From positions 4,800,001 through 4,864,000 of the forward strand of contig OZ245842.1 in NCBI GenBank assembly GCA_965228895.1: a stretch of DNA of 64,000 nucleotides, written 5' to 3'. Shown in pieces: positions 15,198 to 26,512 of the stretch (position 1 is the stretch's first letter; the number at the start of each line of letters is the position of its first letter). This DNA comes from Alphaproteobacteria bacterium. GTDB lineage: Bacteria > Pseudomonadota > Alphaproteobacteria > SP197. The position numbers and the translations under genes are program-made. The notes under the pieces were generated by a model, which saw only the letters and a program-made list of their open reading frames with translations, made no database searches and was not told where the DNA came from.

Positions 15198-16517
15198 ATG
15201 GCGCAGCGAACCATCAGCGCGGCAGTCTGCCGCCGCCTTGCCGCATGTCTTGTCGTCGGGTCCTTGCTGGTGGCGTGCGACGATGGTCAGCCGCAGCAAG
15301 CCGCCTCGGCAGCGCCTGCGCCATCCGTTGTCGTCGCACCAGTCATAGAGCGCGAACTGAAGGGTCAAACGACCTTTGTCGGACGAACCGTGGCGGTCGA
15401 CTATGTCGAGCTGGCGGCCCAGGTCGAGGGATACCTGCAGGAGCGCCTGTTCACGGAAGGCCAGTTGGTCCAACCCGGCGACCTGCTGTTCACGATTGAC
15501 CCCGCTTTGTTCCAGGCGGCCGTTGAGTCCGCCCAGGCGACGGTCGCCAAGGCCCAGGCCAGCGTCACCGAGACCAGCAGCCAGCTGGACCGCACCAAGG
15601 AGCTTTACGGAACGCAAGATGTCAGTAAAGCCAGGCTGGATCAGGACACCGCATCATTTCTGCAAGCCCAAGCGGACCTTCAGGTCGCGCAGGCCGAACT
15701 GAAACAGGCCCAGGTCGATCTCGACTTCACCCGCATCATGGCGCCGATCGCGGGACAAATCGGCGAAGCCCGCTACTCGATTGGCAATTTGATCACGTCC
15801 AGCAGCGATCCGCTGGCGACGATCACCAGCCTGGACCCGATCTACGTCACCTTCACGGTCAGCGAGCGCGACATTCTTCGTGTCAAACGCCTGCGCATAC
15901 AACAGGGCGATGACGCCACGTTCGACACCTTGGACGGTCTCGATACGATGGTCGTTCCCAAAGTCGAACTGCCCGACGGCACCATGTATGATCAGCCCGG
16001 CGAAATTGACTTTGTCGACAACACGGTCGATCCCCGGACCGGTACCGTGACAATCCGCGCCGTCTTTCCCAACCCCCACGTGTTGCTGGCACCCGGACAG
16101 TTTGTCTCCGTGCAGATTGAATCGCGCGATGCGACCAAACGCATGGTCGTGCCACAGGCTGCCGTGCAAGAGGATCAACAGGGGGCCTTTGTCCTGGTCG
16201 TCAACTCGCAAAACCAGGTGGAAAAGCGCCAAATTCAAGTCGGCGACACAGAGGGCACCGATTGGATCGTCACGTCAGGTCTGAAGATTGGCGAGTCCGT
16301 CATTGTCGAAGGGCTGCAGAAAGTGCGGGCCGGCGTTGCCGTCAATCCCGTCACACAATCATCGACGGATCAATCGACCTCCGGCGGATCATCCTCGAAC
16401 ACGGGATCCTCGGATACGGCGTCCACGAGTGGATCGTCATCGGACGGATCGTCGTCGGACGGATCGTCGTCGGACGGATCGTCGTCGGACGGGTCATCGT
16501 CGGATCAGGGCAGCTAG
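15198..16517 (+). CDS. RND efflux periplasmic adaptor (MFP) lipoprotein
   Basis: LVAC lipobox, API.G.IG, VDPRTGT; upstream of RND permease. Confidence 0.9.
   Translation: MAQRTISAAVCRRLAACLVVGSLLVACDDGQPQQAASAAPAPSVVVAPVIERELKGQTTFVGRTVAVDYVELAAQVEGYLQERLFTEGQLVQPGDLLFTIDPALFQAAVESAQATVAKAQASVTETSSQLDRTKELYGTQDVSKARLDQDTASFLQAQADLQVAQAELKQAQVDLDFTRIMAPIAGQIGEARYSIGNLITSSSDPLATITSLDPIYVTFTVSERDILRVKRLRIQQGDDATFDTLDGLDTMVVPKVELPDGTMYDQPGEIDFVDNTVDPRTGTVTIRAVFPNPHVLLAPGQFVSVQIESRDATKRMVVPQAAVQEDQQGAFVLVVNSQNQVEKRQIQVGDTEGTDWIVTSGLKIGESVIVEGLQKVRAGVAVNPVTQSSTDQSTSGGSSSNTGSSDTASTSGSSSDGSSSDGSSSDGSSSDGSSSDQGS
16431..16505 (+). repeat. 15-bp tandem repeat x5 encoding GSSSD
   Basis: GGATCGTCGTCGGAC units at 16431, 16446, 16461, 16476, 16491. 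Confidence 0.9.
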
Positions 16518-16523
16518 GCAACC

Positions 16524-19500
16524 ATGCTGCCACAGTTCTTTATCGGCCGGCCGAAGTTTGCTTTTGTTATCTCGATCCTGATCACGCTTGCCGGCCTTAT
16601 CTCGCTGACCGTGTTACCGGTTTCGGAGTATCCGGATATCAGCCCGCCGCAGGTCAGCGTAACGGCAACCTATTCCGGCGCGACCTCGGAAGTGATCCAG
16701 GCCACGGTCGGCACACCCATCGAAACACAGGTCAACGGTGTCGACGACATGATGTACATGTCGTCGACAAGCTCGGATTCCGGCAGCTACAGCCTGACGG
16801 TCACGTTCGAGATCGGCACCGACCCCGATATTGCCGCCGTCAACGTTCAAAACCGGGTTTCACTCGCGACCCCGCAGCTGCCCAGCGAAGTCACGGCCCA
16901 GGGCATCTCGGTCAAAAAAGCATCGACCAGCATGTTGATGATTATCAACGTGTCCTCACCAAACAACACATACGACGCGACGTTCCTGAGCAATTATGTC
17001 GATATCAATATCGCCGATGCGTTGTCCCGGGTGGACGGCGTCGGCGACGCGACGATCCTGGGCTCCCAGCCCTACAGCATGCGTATATGGCTGGACCCTG
17101 ACAGGCTCGCCGGATTTGATCTGACAGCTTCGGATGTCGTCCTCGCGATCGCCGAACAGAACATTCAGGCGAGCGCCGGTTCCATCGGCGCGCCGCCGGC
17201 GCCAAGCAATCAGCAATTCCAGTACACGATCCAAACCCAGGGCCGGCTGACCCATCCCGATGAGTTCGGCGACATCATCGTGCAGGCGTTCGAAGACGGC
17301 TCAGACGTCCGCGTCAAGGATGTCGCGCGTGTCGAGCTCGGCGCTCAGTTCTACTCTTCGTTCAGCAACCTCGACGGCCAGCCGACGGCGGCGCTCTCTA
17401 TCTACCAATCGCCGGACGCAAATGCACTGGACGTCGCCAACGCCGTGAAAGCGGAGTTGGAGCAGTTGTCAAAGCGCTTTCCCGAGGACATGGAGTACAA
17501 CGTCACCTACGACACAACCCGCTATGTCCAGGCAACCATCGACGAGGTCATCGAAACCCTGTTGATCGCCTTCGCGCTGGTGGTGTTTGTCACCTTTGTT
17601 TTCCTGCAGAACTGGCGCGCGACGCTGATCCCGACCCTGGCAATTCCGGTCTCGCTGGTCGGCACGTTCGCGGTTCTCTACGTTCTCGGCTACTCGGCCA
17701 ATACCATCTCGCTGTTCGCCCTGATCCTGGCCATCGGCATTGTCGTCGACGATGCGATCATCGTGGTGGAGAACGTCCAGCGCATCATGACCGATGAGGG
17801 TCTGGAACGCCGTGAGGCGACCCGCAAGGCGATGAAACAGATTACCGGTCCGGTCATCGCCACCACCCTGGTGCTGCTCGCAGTTTTTGTGCCGATCGGA
17901 TTCATGCCGGGTTTGTCGGGCAGGATCTATCAGCAGTTCGCCGTGACGATCTCGGTGGCGGTGGTGATCTCGTCGATCAACGCCCTGACCTTGAGTCCGG
18001 CGCTGTGCGCATCACTGCTGCGCAGCGGCACCTTGACAAACAAAGGCCCATTCGGCGTGTTCAACCGCGTGTTCAACAAGGTGCGTGACGGCTACACCGG
18101 CATCGTTGTTGCCCTGGCGCGCCGTGCGATTTTCGGCCTGGCTATCCTGGCTGCCGTGTTTGGTGGCGGCTATGTGCTGTTCAATGCCATACCGACCGGC
18201 TTTTTGCCGGAAGAAGATCGTGGCGCCTTTTTCGTCAATGTCGAACTGCCGGACGCTTCGTCGCTGCCGCGCACGGAAGCCGTGGTCGCCCAGGTCGAAG
18301 AAGTCCTTGCCGGTCTGGATGGTGTTCAGAACATCATCACCATCCCCGGCTACAGCCTGCTGGCCGGCGGCACGCAGTCGAACGGCGGTTTCGCCGTGGT
18401 CGTCCTGAAACCTTGGGACGAGAGAACCGGTTCCGCGCTTTCGATCAACAGCATCATGGGACAAGCACAGGCGAAGCTGTTCGGCTTGGCGACCGCGTCG
18501 GTGTTCGTCTTTAGCCCGCCGCCTATACCGGGCCTGGGTTCGACCGGCGGTCTTAACCTGGAGGTCCAAGACGAGGGCGGCAACACGCCGCAGGCCTTGG
18601 CGCAAGCGGTCAACGCACTGGTCTACAACGCCAACCAGCGGCCCGAACTCAGCAACATTTTCGCGACATTCAGCGCCAACGTGCCGCAGGTTTATGTGAA
18701 CCTGGACCGCCAGAAGGCCGAAGCCATGGGCGTTTCCGTGGTCGACGTCTTCACCGCGCTCCAGGCCAACATGGGTTCGTACTACGTCAACGACTTCAAC
18801 TATCTAAGCCGTGTCTTCCAGGTCATCGTGCAGGCGGAGAGCGATTACCGCAGCACCGTCGATGACATCGGGCGCATCTATGTGCGCTCATCCAATGACG
18901 AGATGATCCCGTTGAGTACGCTGGTCGACGTCACCACGGTTCTCGGCCCGCAGCAGCTGAACGCCTATAACCTGTTCCGTTCGGCCGCCGTCAACGGCCA
19001 GCAGGCGGACGGCTACAGCACCGGCCAAGCGCTGGCCGCCATGGAAGAGGTCGCCGATCAGTACCTGCCACAAGGCTTTACGTTCTCGTGGTCCGGGCAA
19101 TCCCTGCAGGAGCTGGAAGCCGCCGGCAAGACAACCAGTCTGATCATCTTTGCGATCGTGTTCGTCTACCTGTTCCTGGTCGCCCAGTACGAAAGCTGGA
19201 CGATGCCATTCGTCGTTGTCCTGTCGGTGCCGACGGCAGCGCTCGGCGCCCTCGGATTGGTCCTGGTCGTCGGTTCCGACATCAACATCTATACGCAGAT
19301 AGGACTGGTCTTGCTGATAGGCTTGGCGTCAAAGAACGCGATCCTTATCGCCGAGTTCGCCAAAGTTCGGCGCGAAGAGGGCGCGGGCATCGTGGACGCC
19401 GCATCCGAAGCGGCGAAGCTTCGGTTCCGCGCCATCTTGATGACGTCGTTCTCGTTCATTCTTGGCGTCGTGCCGCTGGCCATTGCGGTCGGTGCCGGCG

Positions 19501-19667
19501 CCGGCAGCCGCCGCGCCATGGGCAACACCGTTTTGGGCGGCATGGCGGCTGCCGTTCTGATCGGCATTTTCCTGATACCGCTGCTCTACGTGATCGTGCA
19601 ACACATCGTCGAATGGCGGCGCCACAAGGAACCCGAACAGGCAGAAGAAGCCGAGACGACCGTCTGA
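16524..19667 (+). CDS. RND efflux permease (AcrB/HAE1 type)
   Basis: 1047 aa; GIVVDDAIIVVEN, KNAILI, RFRAILMTS. Confidence 0.95.
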   Translation: MLPQFFIGRPKFAFVISILITLAGLISLTVLPVSEYPDISPPQVSVTATYSGATSEVIQATVGTPIETQVNGVDDMMYMSSTSSDSGSYSLTVTFEIGTDPDIAAVNVQNRVSLATPQLPSEVTAQGISVKKASTSMLMIINVSSPNNTYDATFLSNYVDINIADALSRVDGVGDATILGSQPYSMRIWLDPDRLAGFDLTASDVVLAIAEQNIQASAGSIGAPPAPSNQQFQYTIQTQGRLTHPDEFGDIIVQAFEDGSDVRVKDVARVELGAQFYSSFSNLDGQPTAALSIYQSPDANALDVANAVKAELEQLSKRFPEDMEYNVTYDTTRYVQATIDEVIETLLIAFALVVFVTFVFLQNWRATLIPTLAIPVSLVGTFAVLYVLGYSANTISLFALILAIGIVVDDAIIVVENVQRIMTDEGLERREATRKAMKQITGPVIATTLVLLAVFVPIGFMPGLSGRIYQQFAVTISVAVVISSINALTLSPALCASLLRSGTLTNKGPFGVFNRVFNKVRDGYTGIVVALARRAIFGLAILAAVFGGGYVLFNAIPTGFLPEEDRGAFFVNVELPDASSLPRTEAVVAQVEEVLAGLDGVQNIITIPGYSLLAGGTQSNGGFAVVVLKPWDERTGSALSINSIMGQAQAKLFGLATASVFVFSPPPIPGLGSTGGLNLEVQDEGGNTPQALAQAVNALVYNANQRPELSNIFATFSANVPQVYVNLDRQKAEAMGVSVVDVFTALQANMGSYYVNDFNYLSRVFQVIVQAESDYRSTVDDIGRIYVRSSNDEMIPLSTLVDVTTVLGPQQLNAYNLFRSAAVNGQQADGYSTGQALAAMEEVADQYLPQGFTFSWSGQSLQELEAAGKTTSLIIFAIVFVYLFLVAQYESWTMPFVVVLSVPTAALGALGLVLVVGSDINIYTQIGLVLLIGLASKNAILIAEFAKVRREEGAGIVDAASEAAKLRFRAILMTSFSFILGVVPLAIAVGAGAGSRRAMGNTVLGGMAAAVLIGIFLIPLLYVIVQHIVEWRRHKEPEQAEEAETTV

Positions 19668-19694
19668 GCTGCCGAAACGTCGCCGATTGTCGGG

Positions 19695-20189
19695 TTAGAG
19701 TTCGCCGTAAGCCGCGGTAAATCCGGTCAAGGAAATCGGCAATTGAATAGGCTGCTCGGCCTGCTCATAGATGGTCACGACCGCCTGGGTGCCTTGGCGC
19801 ATCTGTTCCAGGACATCGGCGGTCAGGCCAACCTGGGTCATACAGCCGTCGGGCAGACAGTTGATGAAACCGACGGTGCCCATGTCGGTGCCGTCGACCG
19901 ATAGGTTCAGGCCGCCAGGCAGCAGGATGCCCAAGGGCACGACAACACGCAGGAACGCATCGCCCTCGGGCGGCTTGACGACCAGGGCGGCCAACACACG
20001 TCGCCCGTCTTCCTCTCTGACCAGGTTCTGCACCATGGCGCATGGATTGGCCGCCGATTCGTCAGGCGGACACTGAACCTGCCAGTCGCCGTGGGTTGCC
20101 TTGACCGTGACGTCTTGCGCGGCGGCCGGCAAGGCGGCAAAGCCGAAAGCGGCCGCGGCCAAAAGAGTACCGACAAAATAATTCTTCAT
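19695..20189 (-). CDS. Invasion-associated locus B (IalB) family protein
   Basis: Signal peptide; HGDWQVQC, PLGILLP, CLPDGC, SLTGFTAAY. Confidence 0.85.
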   Translation of the reverse strand: MKNYFVGTLLAAAAFGFAALPAAAQDVTVKATHGDWQVQCPPDESAANPCAMVQNLVREEDGRRVLAALVVKPPEGDAFLRVVVPLGILLPGGLNLSVDGTDMGTVGFINCLPDGCMTQVGLTADVLEQMRQGTQAVVTIYEQAEQPIQLPISLTGFTAAYGEL

Positions 20190-20272
20190 AGATCACCCGT
20201 AAGGCGGTTGTGAGAGATAAGCACCGCGCCGCAAGATCAGGCGGCACCCTTGGCTGGATGCGCGGCGCCACT

Positions 20273-20328
20273 CTAGAGCAAGACCGCTCCTGATTGAATC
20301 AGTCAGGCGCGTTCGGTTCAGGCTCTAG
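20273..20328. repeat. Short CTAGAGC...GCTCTAG palindromic element (family A relative)
   Basis: Same terminal inverted repeat as family A; its CTAG holds the phaR stop codon. Confidence 0.6.
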
Positions 20329-20972
20329 TCTGTTTTCTTTGCCAGACTTTCCAGCTGGCGTTGCAGCTCATTGATTTGTTCGCGCAGGCCCGCAAGGTCT
20401 TGGTCCTGCCCACCGGCCGTCGCGCCGTTTGCGGACGGCGCAGTCTCGGACGCGCCGCCCTCAGGCGGCATGCCGCCGTTGCGCGCGGTTGTTGCGGGAT
20501 AGAACATTTCCATCGCGCGCTGAAACATCGCCATGTTGTTCTTCACCATCTCTTCCATGGCATGGCTCTGGTCGCCGCCTGGAAACGGGAACATCTGGCC
20601 GAAGGTTTTGGCCATGGCACTGCGCATGTCTTCCTGATTGCGCGTGAAGTTCTCCATGCTCATCTCGAGGTAACGCGGCACGAAACTTTGCAGACTGTCG
20701 CCGTAGAAGCCGATCAGCTTGCGCAGGAAGTTGATGGGCAACAGGTTGGCGCCCTTGGCCTCCTCCTCGACGATGATCTGGGTCAGCACCGAGCGGGTAA
20801 TATCCTCGCCAGTCTTGGCGTCGAACACAGCGAATTCGATGCCGTCCTTCACCATCTGGGCCAGATGGTCCAAGGTGACGTAACTGCTGGTCGCCGTGTT
20901 ATAGAGGCGACGATTGGCGTACTTCTTGATGACGACAGTTTCGCCGTCGATGTGGTCCTTGGTCCGCGCCAT
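20325..20972 (-). CDS. phaR: PHA synthesis repressor
   Basis: IKKYANRRLYNTATSSYVTL. Confidence 0.95.
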   Translation of the reverse strand: MARTKDHIDGETVVIKKYANRRLYNTATSSYVTLDHLAQMVKDGIEFAVFDAKTGEDITRSVLTQIIVEEEAKGANLLPINFLRKLIGFYGDSLQSFVPRYLEMSMENFTRNQEDMRSAMAKTFGQMFPFPGGDQSHAMEEMVKNNMAMFQRAMEMFYPATTARNGGMPPEGGASETAPSANGATAGGQDQDLAGLREQINELQRQLESLAKKTD

Positions 20973-21097
20973 GGTTTCATGTCCAATAGCTTATCGGACG
21001 GGTATTATGGTCCAAATGCTGCACTGCGAACAGCGCTTGTTGCAGCGCCATAACAAAGCTGTGTCCGCCGCTACTGGCGCTACTTATACTGCTTGCC

Positions 21098-21433
21098 ATG
21101 ACCAAGGATCCCGATCTCGAGCAATTGGCCCGCGATTTCATGGAATTGTGGCAGGAGCAGGTCGCCGCCGCCGCGACCGACCCTGCCCTGGCCAAATGGG
21201 CGGAGGCCTGGATGGCGCCGCTGGCCGCCGCAGCGGGCGCACCGGGCGGTGACGGCCGCGGCCTGGCGTCAGGGCCCACGGCCCCTGGCGCTCCATATGA
21301 CGACATCCTTCGCCGTATGGATGAGTTCGCTGGGCGCCTTGATGCCTGCGAAAAACGGCTTGCTGCCCTGGAACGACAGTCTCAGCGCAAAGGCCGTCCC
21401 GATCCAGACAGCGATCGAGGCCGCCAGCGCTGA
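21098..21433 (+). CDS. Small hypothetical protein upstream of the PHA synthase-like gene
   Basis: LARDFMELWQEQV and a C-terminal coiled-coil-like segment; overlaps the next ORF. Confidence 0.55.
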   Translation: MTKDPDLEQLARDFMELWQEQVAAAATDPALAKWAEAWMAPLAAAAGAPGGDGRGLASGPTAPGAPYDDILRRMDEFAGRLDACEKRLAALERQSQRKGRPDPDSDRGRQR

Positions 21434-22460
21434 GGACCTGGCCCGCGCGCTGCATGGCGAAGCCACACAGCGCATGGCGGACTTCCTGGCCGGCGTCAAA
21501 GCCTATCGCCATCACCCCTACCGGCGCGCCGCCGTCGATCCCGACCCCATCTGGACGGCCGGCGGCGCCAAGCTGCGCGACTACGGCGGCAAAGGCCGGC
21601 CGGTCCTCCTGGTCCCCTCACTGATCAACCGCGCCTATATCCTGGACCTCGACACCAAGAACAGCCTGGCGCGCTATCTCAAACACCGTGGCTGGCGCCC
21701 GCTGCTGATGGATTGGGACGCGCCGGGCGACGCCGAAAGAGGGTTCGATCTGGACGACTACATCCTGGGCTATCTGGCCCAGGCGCTTGGCGAGGCCCGC
21801 AAGCTGGGCGATGCGCCGGTGCCGGTCGTCGGTTACTGCATGGGCGGTCTGCTGGCGCTTGCCCTGGCGCAGCATCATGGTGCCGACGTCGCCGGCTTGG
21901 CCCTGCTCGCGACCCCCTGGGATTTCCACGCCGACCGCAGCGGTCAGGCCGGGTTGTTCGCCATGGCCGCGCCCCAGGTCGAGGCTGCCGGCAAGACCGA
22001 CGGCATGATCCCGGTCGACGTGCTGCAGATGATGTTCGCCTCGATGTCGCCGAGCCTGATCCAGGCGAAGTTCCGCCGCTTCGCCGGCATGGACCCTGCG
22101 AGCGAGCAGGCCCAGGCCTTTGTCGCCCTGGAAGACTGGCTCAACGACGGCGTGCCGCTGACCGGACCGGTCGGCCGGGCCTGCCTGCACGGCTGGTATG
22201 GCGAGAACCTGCCGGGCCGCGATCGCTGGGAAATCGGCGGACAGATCATCAAGCCCGAAGCCGTCGACCTGCCGGCGCTCGTCGCCATTCCCCGGCGCGA
22301 CCACATCGTGCCGCCGGGAAGCGCCCAGCCCTTGGCCGACCGCCTGCCCCAGGCCGAGGTCATGACGCCGGCGGCCGGCCATATCGGCATGGTGGTCGGG
22401 CGCCGGGCGCGCGAACAGCTGTGGCGCCCGCTCGACGCCTGGCTGCGCAAAACCGTGTGA
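21249..22460 (+). CDS. PHA synthase-like alpha/beta hydrolase
   Basis: PSLINRAYILDL, GYCMGG, DHIV, GHIG; located in pha cluster; start uncertain. Confidence 0.8.
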   Translation: MTAAAWRQGPRPLALHMTTSFAVWMSSLGALMPAKNGLLPWNDSLSAKAVPIQTAIEAASAEDLARALHGEATQRMADFLAGVKAYRHHPYRRAAVDPDPIWTAGGAKLRDYGGKGRPVLLVPSLINRAYILDLDTKNSLARYLKHRGWRPLLMDWDAPGDAERGFDLDDYILGYLAQALGEARKLGDAPVPVVGYCMGGLLALALAQHHGADVAGLALLATPWDFHADRSGQAGLFAMAAPQVEAAGKTDGMIPVDVLQMMFASMSPSLIQAKFRRFAGMDPASEQAQAFVALEDWLNDGVPLTGPVGRACLHGWYGENLPGRDRWEIGGQIIKPEAVDLPALVAIPRRDHIVPPGSAQPLADRLPQAEVMTPAAGHIGMVVGRRAREQLWRPLDAWLRKTV

Positions 22461-22556
22461 GACTTCCGCGACACCCGTCATTTCGCACCTGCGAAATGAA
22501 TGCAAATGTCCTATATAGAAACCACACCATCAGTGAAGCAGGGAGTGGACCCAGTC

Positions 22557-23729
<1,173 letters not shown>

Positions 23730-23907
23730 TCGACCGTTGTTTCGGCCGGCGCCATCGCGTGCCGGTGTGACGGAAGTCATGGCGGGTTCGAACGTGCTGG
23801 ACTCGTTGAAGCAGGCGCGTTAGACGCCTGTCATAAGGTTGTGGTGACGTGGCGGCGGGGGGCGTGAGCCGACCCGCCGTCCGTCGTTTAGAGGTTAGGG
23901 GATAATC

Positions 23908-24630
23908 ATGGGACGAGTAGCATTGGTGACAGGCGGCACCCGCGGCATCGGGGCGGCCATCGCAACATCATTGAAGGACGCGGGCTATACGGTCGCCGTC
24001 AACTACGGCGGCAACGACGAGGCCGCAAAAGCGTTCACCGCCGAACACGGCATTCCCGCCTTGAAGTGGGATGTCGCCGATCACGAGGCCTGCGTCGCCG
24101 GTGTCGCCCAGGTCGCCGAACAGGTCGGCCCGGTCGAGGTGCTGATCAACAACGCCGGCATCAGCCGCGACGGTTTCTGCCACAAGATGAGCGCCGAGGA
24201 CTGGGACCGGGTGATCAACGTCGACCTGTGCTCGTGTTTCCATATGTCGCACGAAGTCCTGAACGGCATGCGCGGCGCGAACTTCGGGCGCATCGTCAAC
24301 ATCAGCTCGATCAACGGCCAGGCCGGCCAGCTGGGCGTCGCCAACTATGCCGCCGCCAAGGCCGGCATGCTGGGCTTCACCAAGGCGGTCGCACTGGAGA
24401 ACGCCCGGAAGGGCATCACGGTCAACGCCATCTGCCCGGGCTATATCGCGACCGACCTGATCGCCGGCGTCTCCGACGACATGATGGCGAAGATCGTCGC
24501 CGGCATCCCGGTGGGCCGTATCGGCGAGGCCGACGAGATCGCGCGCTGCGTCCTCTTCCTGGTCAGCGACGACGCCGGCTTCATCACCGGCTCGACGCTT
24601 TCGGTCAACGGCGGCGCCTATATGGCATAG
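23908..24630 (+). CDS. phaB: Acetoacetyl-CoA reductase
   Basis: TGGTRGIG, NYAAAK; follows phaA. Confidence 0.92.
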   Translation: MGRVALVTGGTRGIGAAIATSLKDAGYTVAVNYGGNDEAAKAFTAEHGIPALKWDVADHEACVAGVAQVAEQVGPVEVLINNAGISRDGFCHKMSAEDWDRVINVDLCSCFHMSHEVLNGMRGANFGRIVNISSINGQAGQLGVANYAAAKAGMLGFTKAVALENARKGITVNAICPGYIATDLIAGVSDDMMAKIVAGIPVGRIGEADEIARCVLFLVSDDAGFITGSTLSVNGGAYMA

Positions 24631-24656
24631 GGCGGCCGCGGTTCAGACCTTCGCCG

Positions 24657-24771
24657 CCCCCTCACCCTGCCCTCTCCCCAAGGGGAGAGGGATCCTGTCG
24701 CCATCCGTTCTTCCCCTCGCCCGCTTGCGGGAGAGGGAGGGGCCCAGCGCGAAGCGCTGGGAGGGTGAGGG
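24657..24771. repeat. REP-like doublet, family C (CCCCTCACCCT.CCCTCTCCC...GGGAGAGGG)
   Basis: Nested hairpins; ends in the inverted GGGTGAGGG. Confidence 0.75.
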
Positions 24772-24825
24772 TCAGATCGATCGGCTCCCTCGGATCACAA
24801 ACGTTGGCGCGCTAAACTGGCGTCC

Positions 24826-25809
24826 ATGAAGAAGCGCTTCGTCTTTGCCCGCGAACCGGAGCCGGGCGCTGATTGGCTCGCCCGCTTCAATACCGGTCGC
24901 GAGGAGGCCGAACGCTGGTATCGTGGCGAAGGCTTGTCCGATCCGCCCAGCGCCGCCGCATGCCGTGCGGCGCTCGCCCGCCACATGCCGGAACTTCTGG
25001 CGCCCTATGACCACGCCTGCGCGCTGGTCGACGATGACGACATCGCGCACCGCATCCTCAGCCACTACCGCCCGCCTCCGCTCGTGACAGGATGCAGTCA
25101 GGCGGTCTGGCTTGACGATGACGGCCCGGCACTGGTGCGCAATTACGACTTCCCGCTCGACGCCGTCTCCGACGATTTCGAATCGACGTCCTGGATCGGC
25201 CGCGAGGTCATCTGTAAGGCGCAACGACCTTGGGGCGGCTGTCTCGACGGCATGAACGCCGATGGCCTCGTCGCCAGCCTCACCTTCGGCGGCGGACAAG
25301 ACCAGGGTGAAGGTTTCTCCATCATCCTGATCCTGCGTTATGTGCTGGAGACCTGCCGCCGTGTCGACGAAGCCGTCGCCACGCTTTGCCGCATCCCCGT
25401 CGCGCTCACCCAGAACGTCACCCTGATCGATGCGGCGGGCGCGTACGCGACGGTCTATCTTGGTCCAAGTGGGTCACCCGCTGTCACCAAGGATCGCTTC
25501 TGCACCAACCATCAGGAACAGATCACCTGGCCTGAACATGCTGCGCGCAGCCAGACCGTGGAACGGCGCGCCCATCTCGAAGCACTGCTCGGCGACCCCA
25601 CCATGACGCTCGACGAGCTCACCACCCGTTTCCTCGAACCGCCGCTCCATTCCCGCCGCGCGGCGTTCCCGACAGTTTACACCGCCGTCTACCGCCCGGC
25701 CGAGCGGCGGGTTGAGTATGTCTGGCCTGGCCACACCGTCCGCCAACACATCGGCGGTTTCGACGAGCTCGCCTACACCCACGACTTCGGTGAGCTTGAA
25801 CGAGATTGA
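24826..25809 (+). CDS. C45-family peptidase (Ntn hydrolase)
   Basis: GCSQ nucleophile, VRNYD, LDGMN, TNHQ. Confidence 0.82.
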   Translation: MKKRFVFAREPEPGADWLARFNTGREEAERWYRGEGLSDPPSAAACRAALARHMPELLAPYDHACALVDDDDIAHRILSHYRPPPLVTGCSQAVWLDDDGPALVRNYDFPLDAVSDDFESTSWIGREVICKAQRPWGGCLDGMNADGLVASLTFGGGQDQGEGFSIILILRYVLETCRRVDEAVATLCRIPVALTQNVTLIDAAGAYATVYLGPSGSPAVTKDRFCTNHQEQITWPEHAARSQTVERRAHLEALLGDPTMTLDELTTRFLEPPLHSRRAAFPTVYTAVYRPAERRVEYVWPGHTVRQHIGGFDELAYTHDFGELERD

Positions 25810-25812
25810 CGG

Positions 25813-26496
25813 TCAACATCGCGGCGGACGGTCCGAGCAATGGTAGAAGACGAGGTACCGCCCGACCGTCGAATTGTCGTCGATCACGTTGTAGGGCCAG
25901 TATCCCCAGCCCTCGCTGTGGCGGCTTGCTTCTTCGCCCTCCATCAGCATTTCCTCGATGAAGTCGCAATCTTGCGTTCTGCGCTCTGGTTGGACCGCGA
26001 TACCGCGCCTTTTGGCGATCCCTTCCGCGACTTGTCGAGAGACGTTCCAGAGATAGTCCGTTGGAATCATGCGAAGCGCAGGTCGAACGTCGATGTGACG
26101 GTCTCCGAAACGCCGGACGGAATTGGGGCCCAGCCATGACACGAAGAAGTCATGAAACTCGTCGGTTGCTTCGACCGTCATAGGCCCGATGAGCTCACTC
26201 CACTCTCTCCCATAGTGCTCCCGGTCGCGACACAATGGGTGGAACGCCGACCAGCCATGGGCGAACCAGATGACATGAAAGACGACCACCCATGGCAAAG
26301 CGAAGGCGACCCACGTGACTCTTGGCGGTGACATAAGCCACCGAAGAAAACGCCAGACCCACACAAAACCGCACCCGATCAATCGAAGAGGTGCGAAGGC
26401 GATTAGAATGGGTAACGCCAGAAACATGATGGCCGGCTTCGGTCTGTGGTCCGAGACACCATCACGTGCAGGAGACCGCCTATTGCCTCTCAACAT
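25813..26496 (-). CDS. Putative immunity-like membrane protein, locus 2 paralog 2
   Basis: HVIWFAHGWSAFHPLC...GPMTVEA...RPAL...C...GWGYWPYN. Confidence 0.7.
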   Translation of the reverse strand: MLRGNRRSPARDGVSDHRPKPAIMFLALPILIAFAPLRLIGCGFVWVWRFLRWLMSPPRVTWVAFALPWVVVFHVIWFAHGWSAFHPLCRDREHYGREWSELIGPMTVEATDEFHDFFVSWLGPNSVRRFGDRHIDVRPALRMIPTDYLWNVSRQVAEGIAKRRGIAVQPERRTQDCDFIEEMLMEGEEASRHSEGWGYWPYNVIDDNSTVGRYLVFYHCSDRPPRC

Positions 26497-26512
26497 GCCA
26501 GATTGCTGCTCA

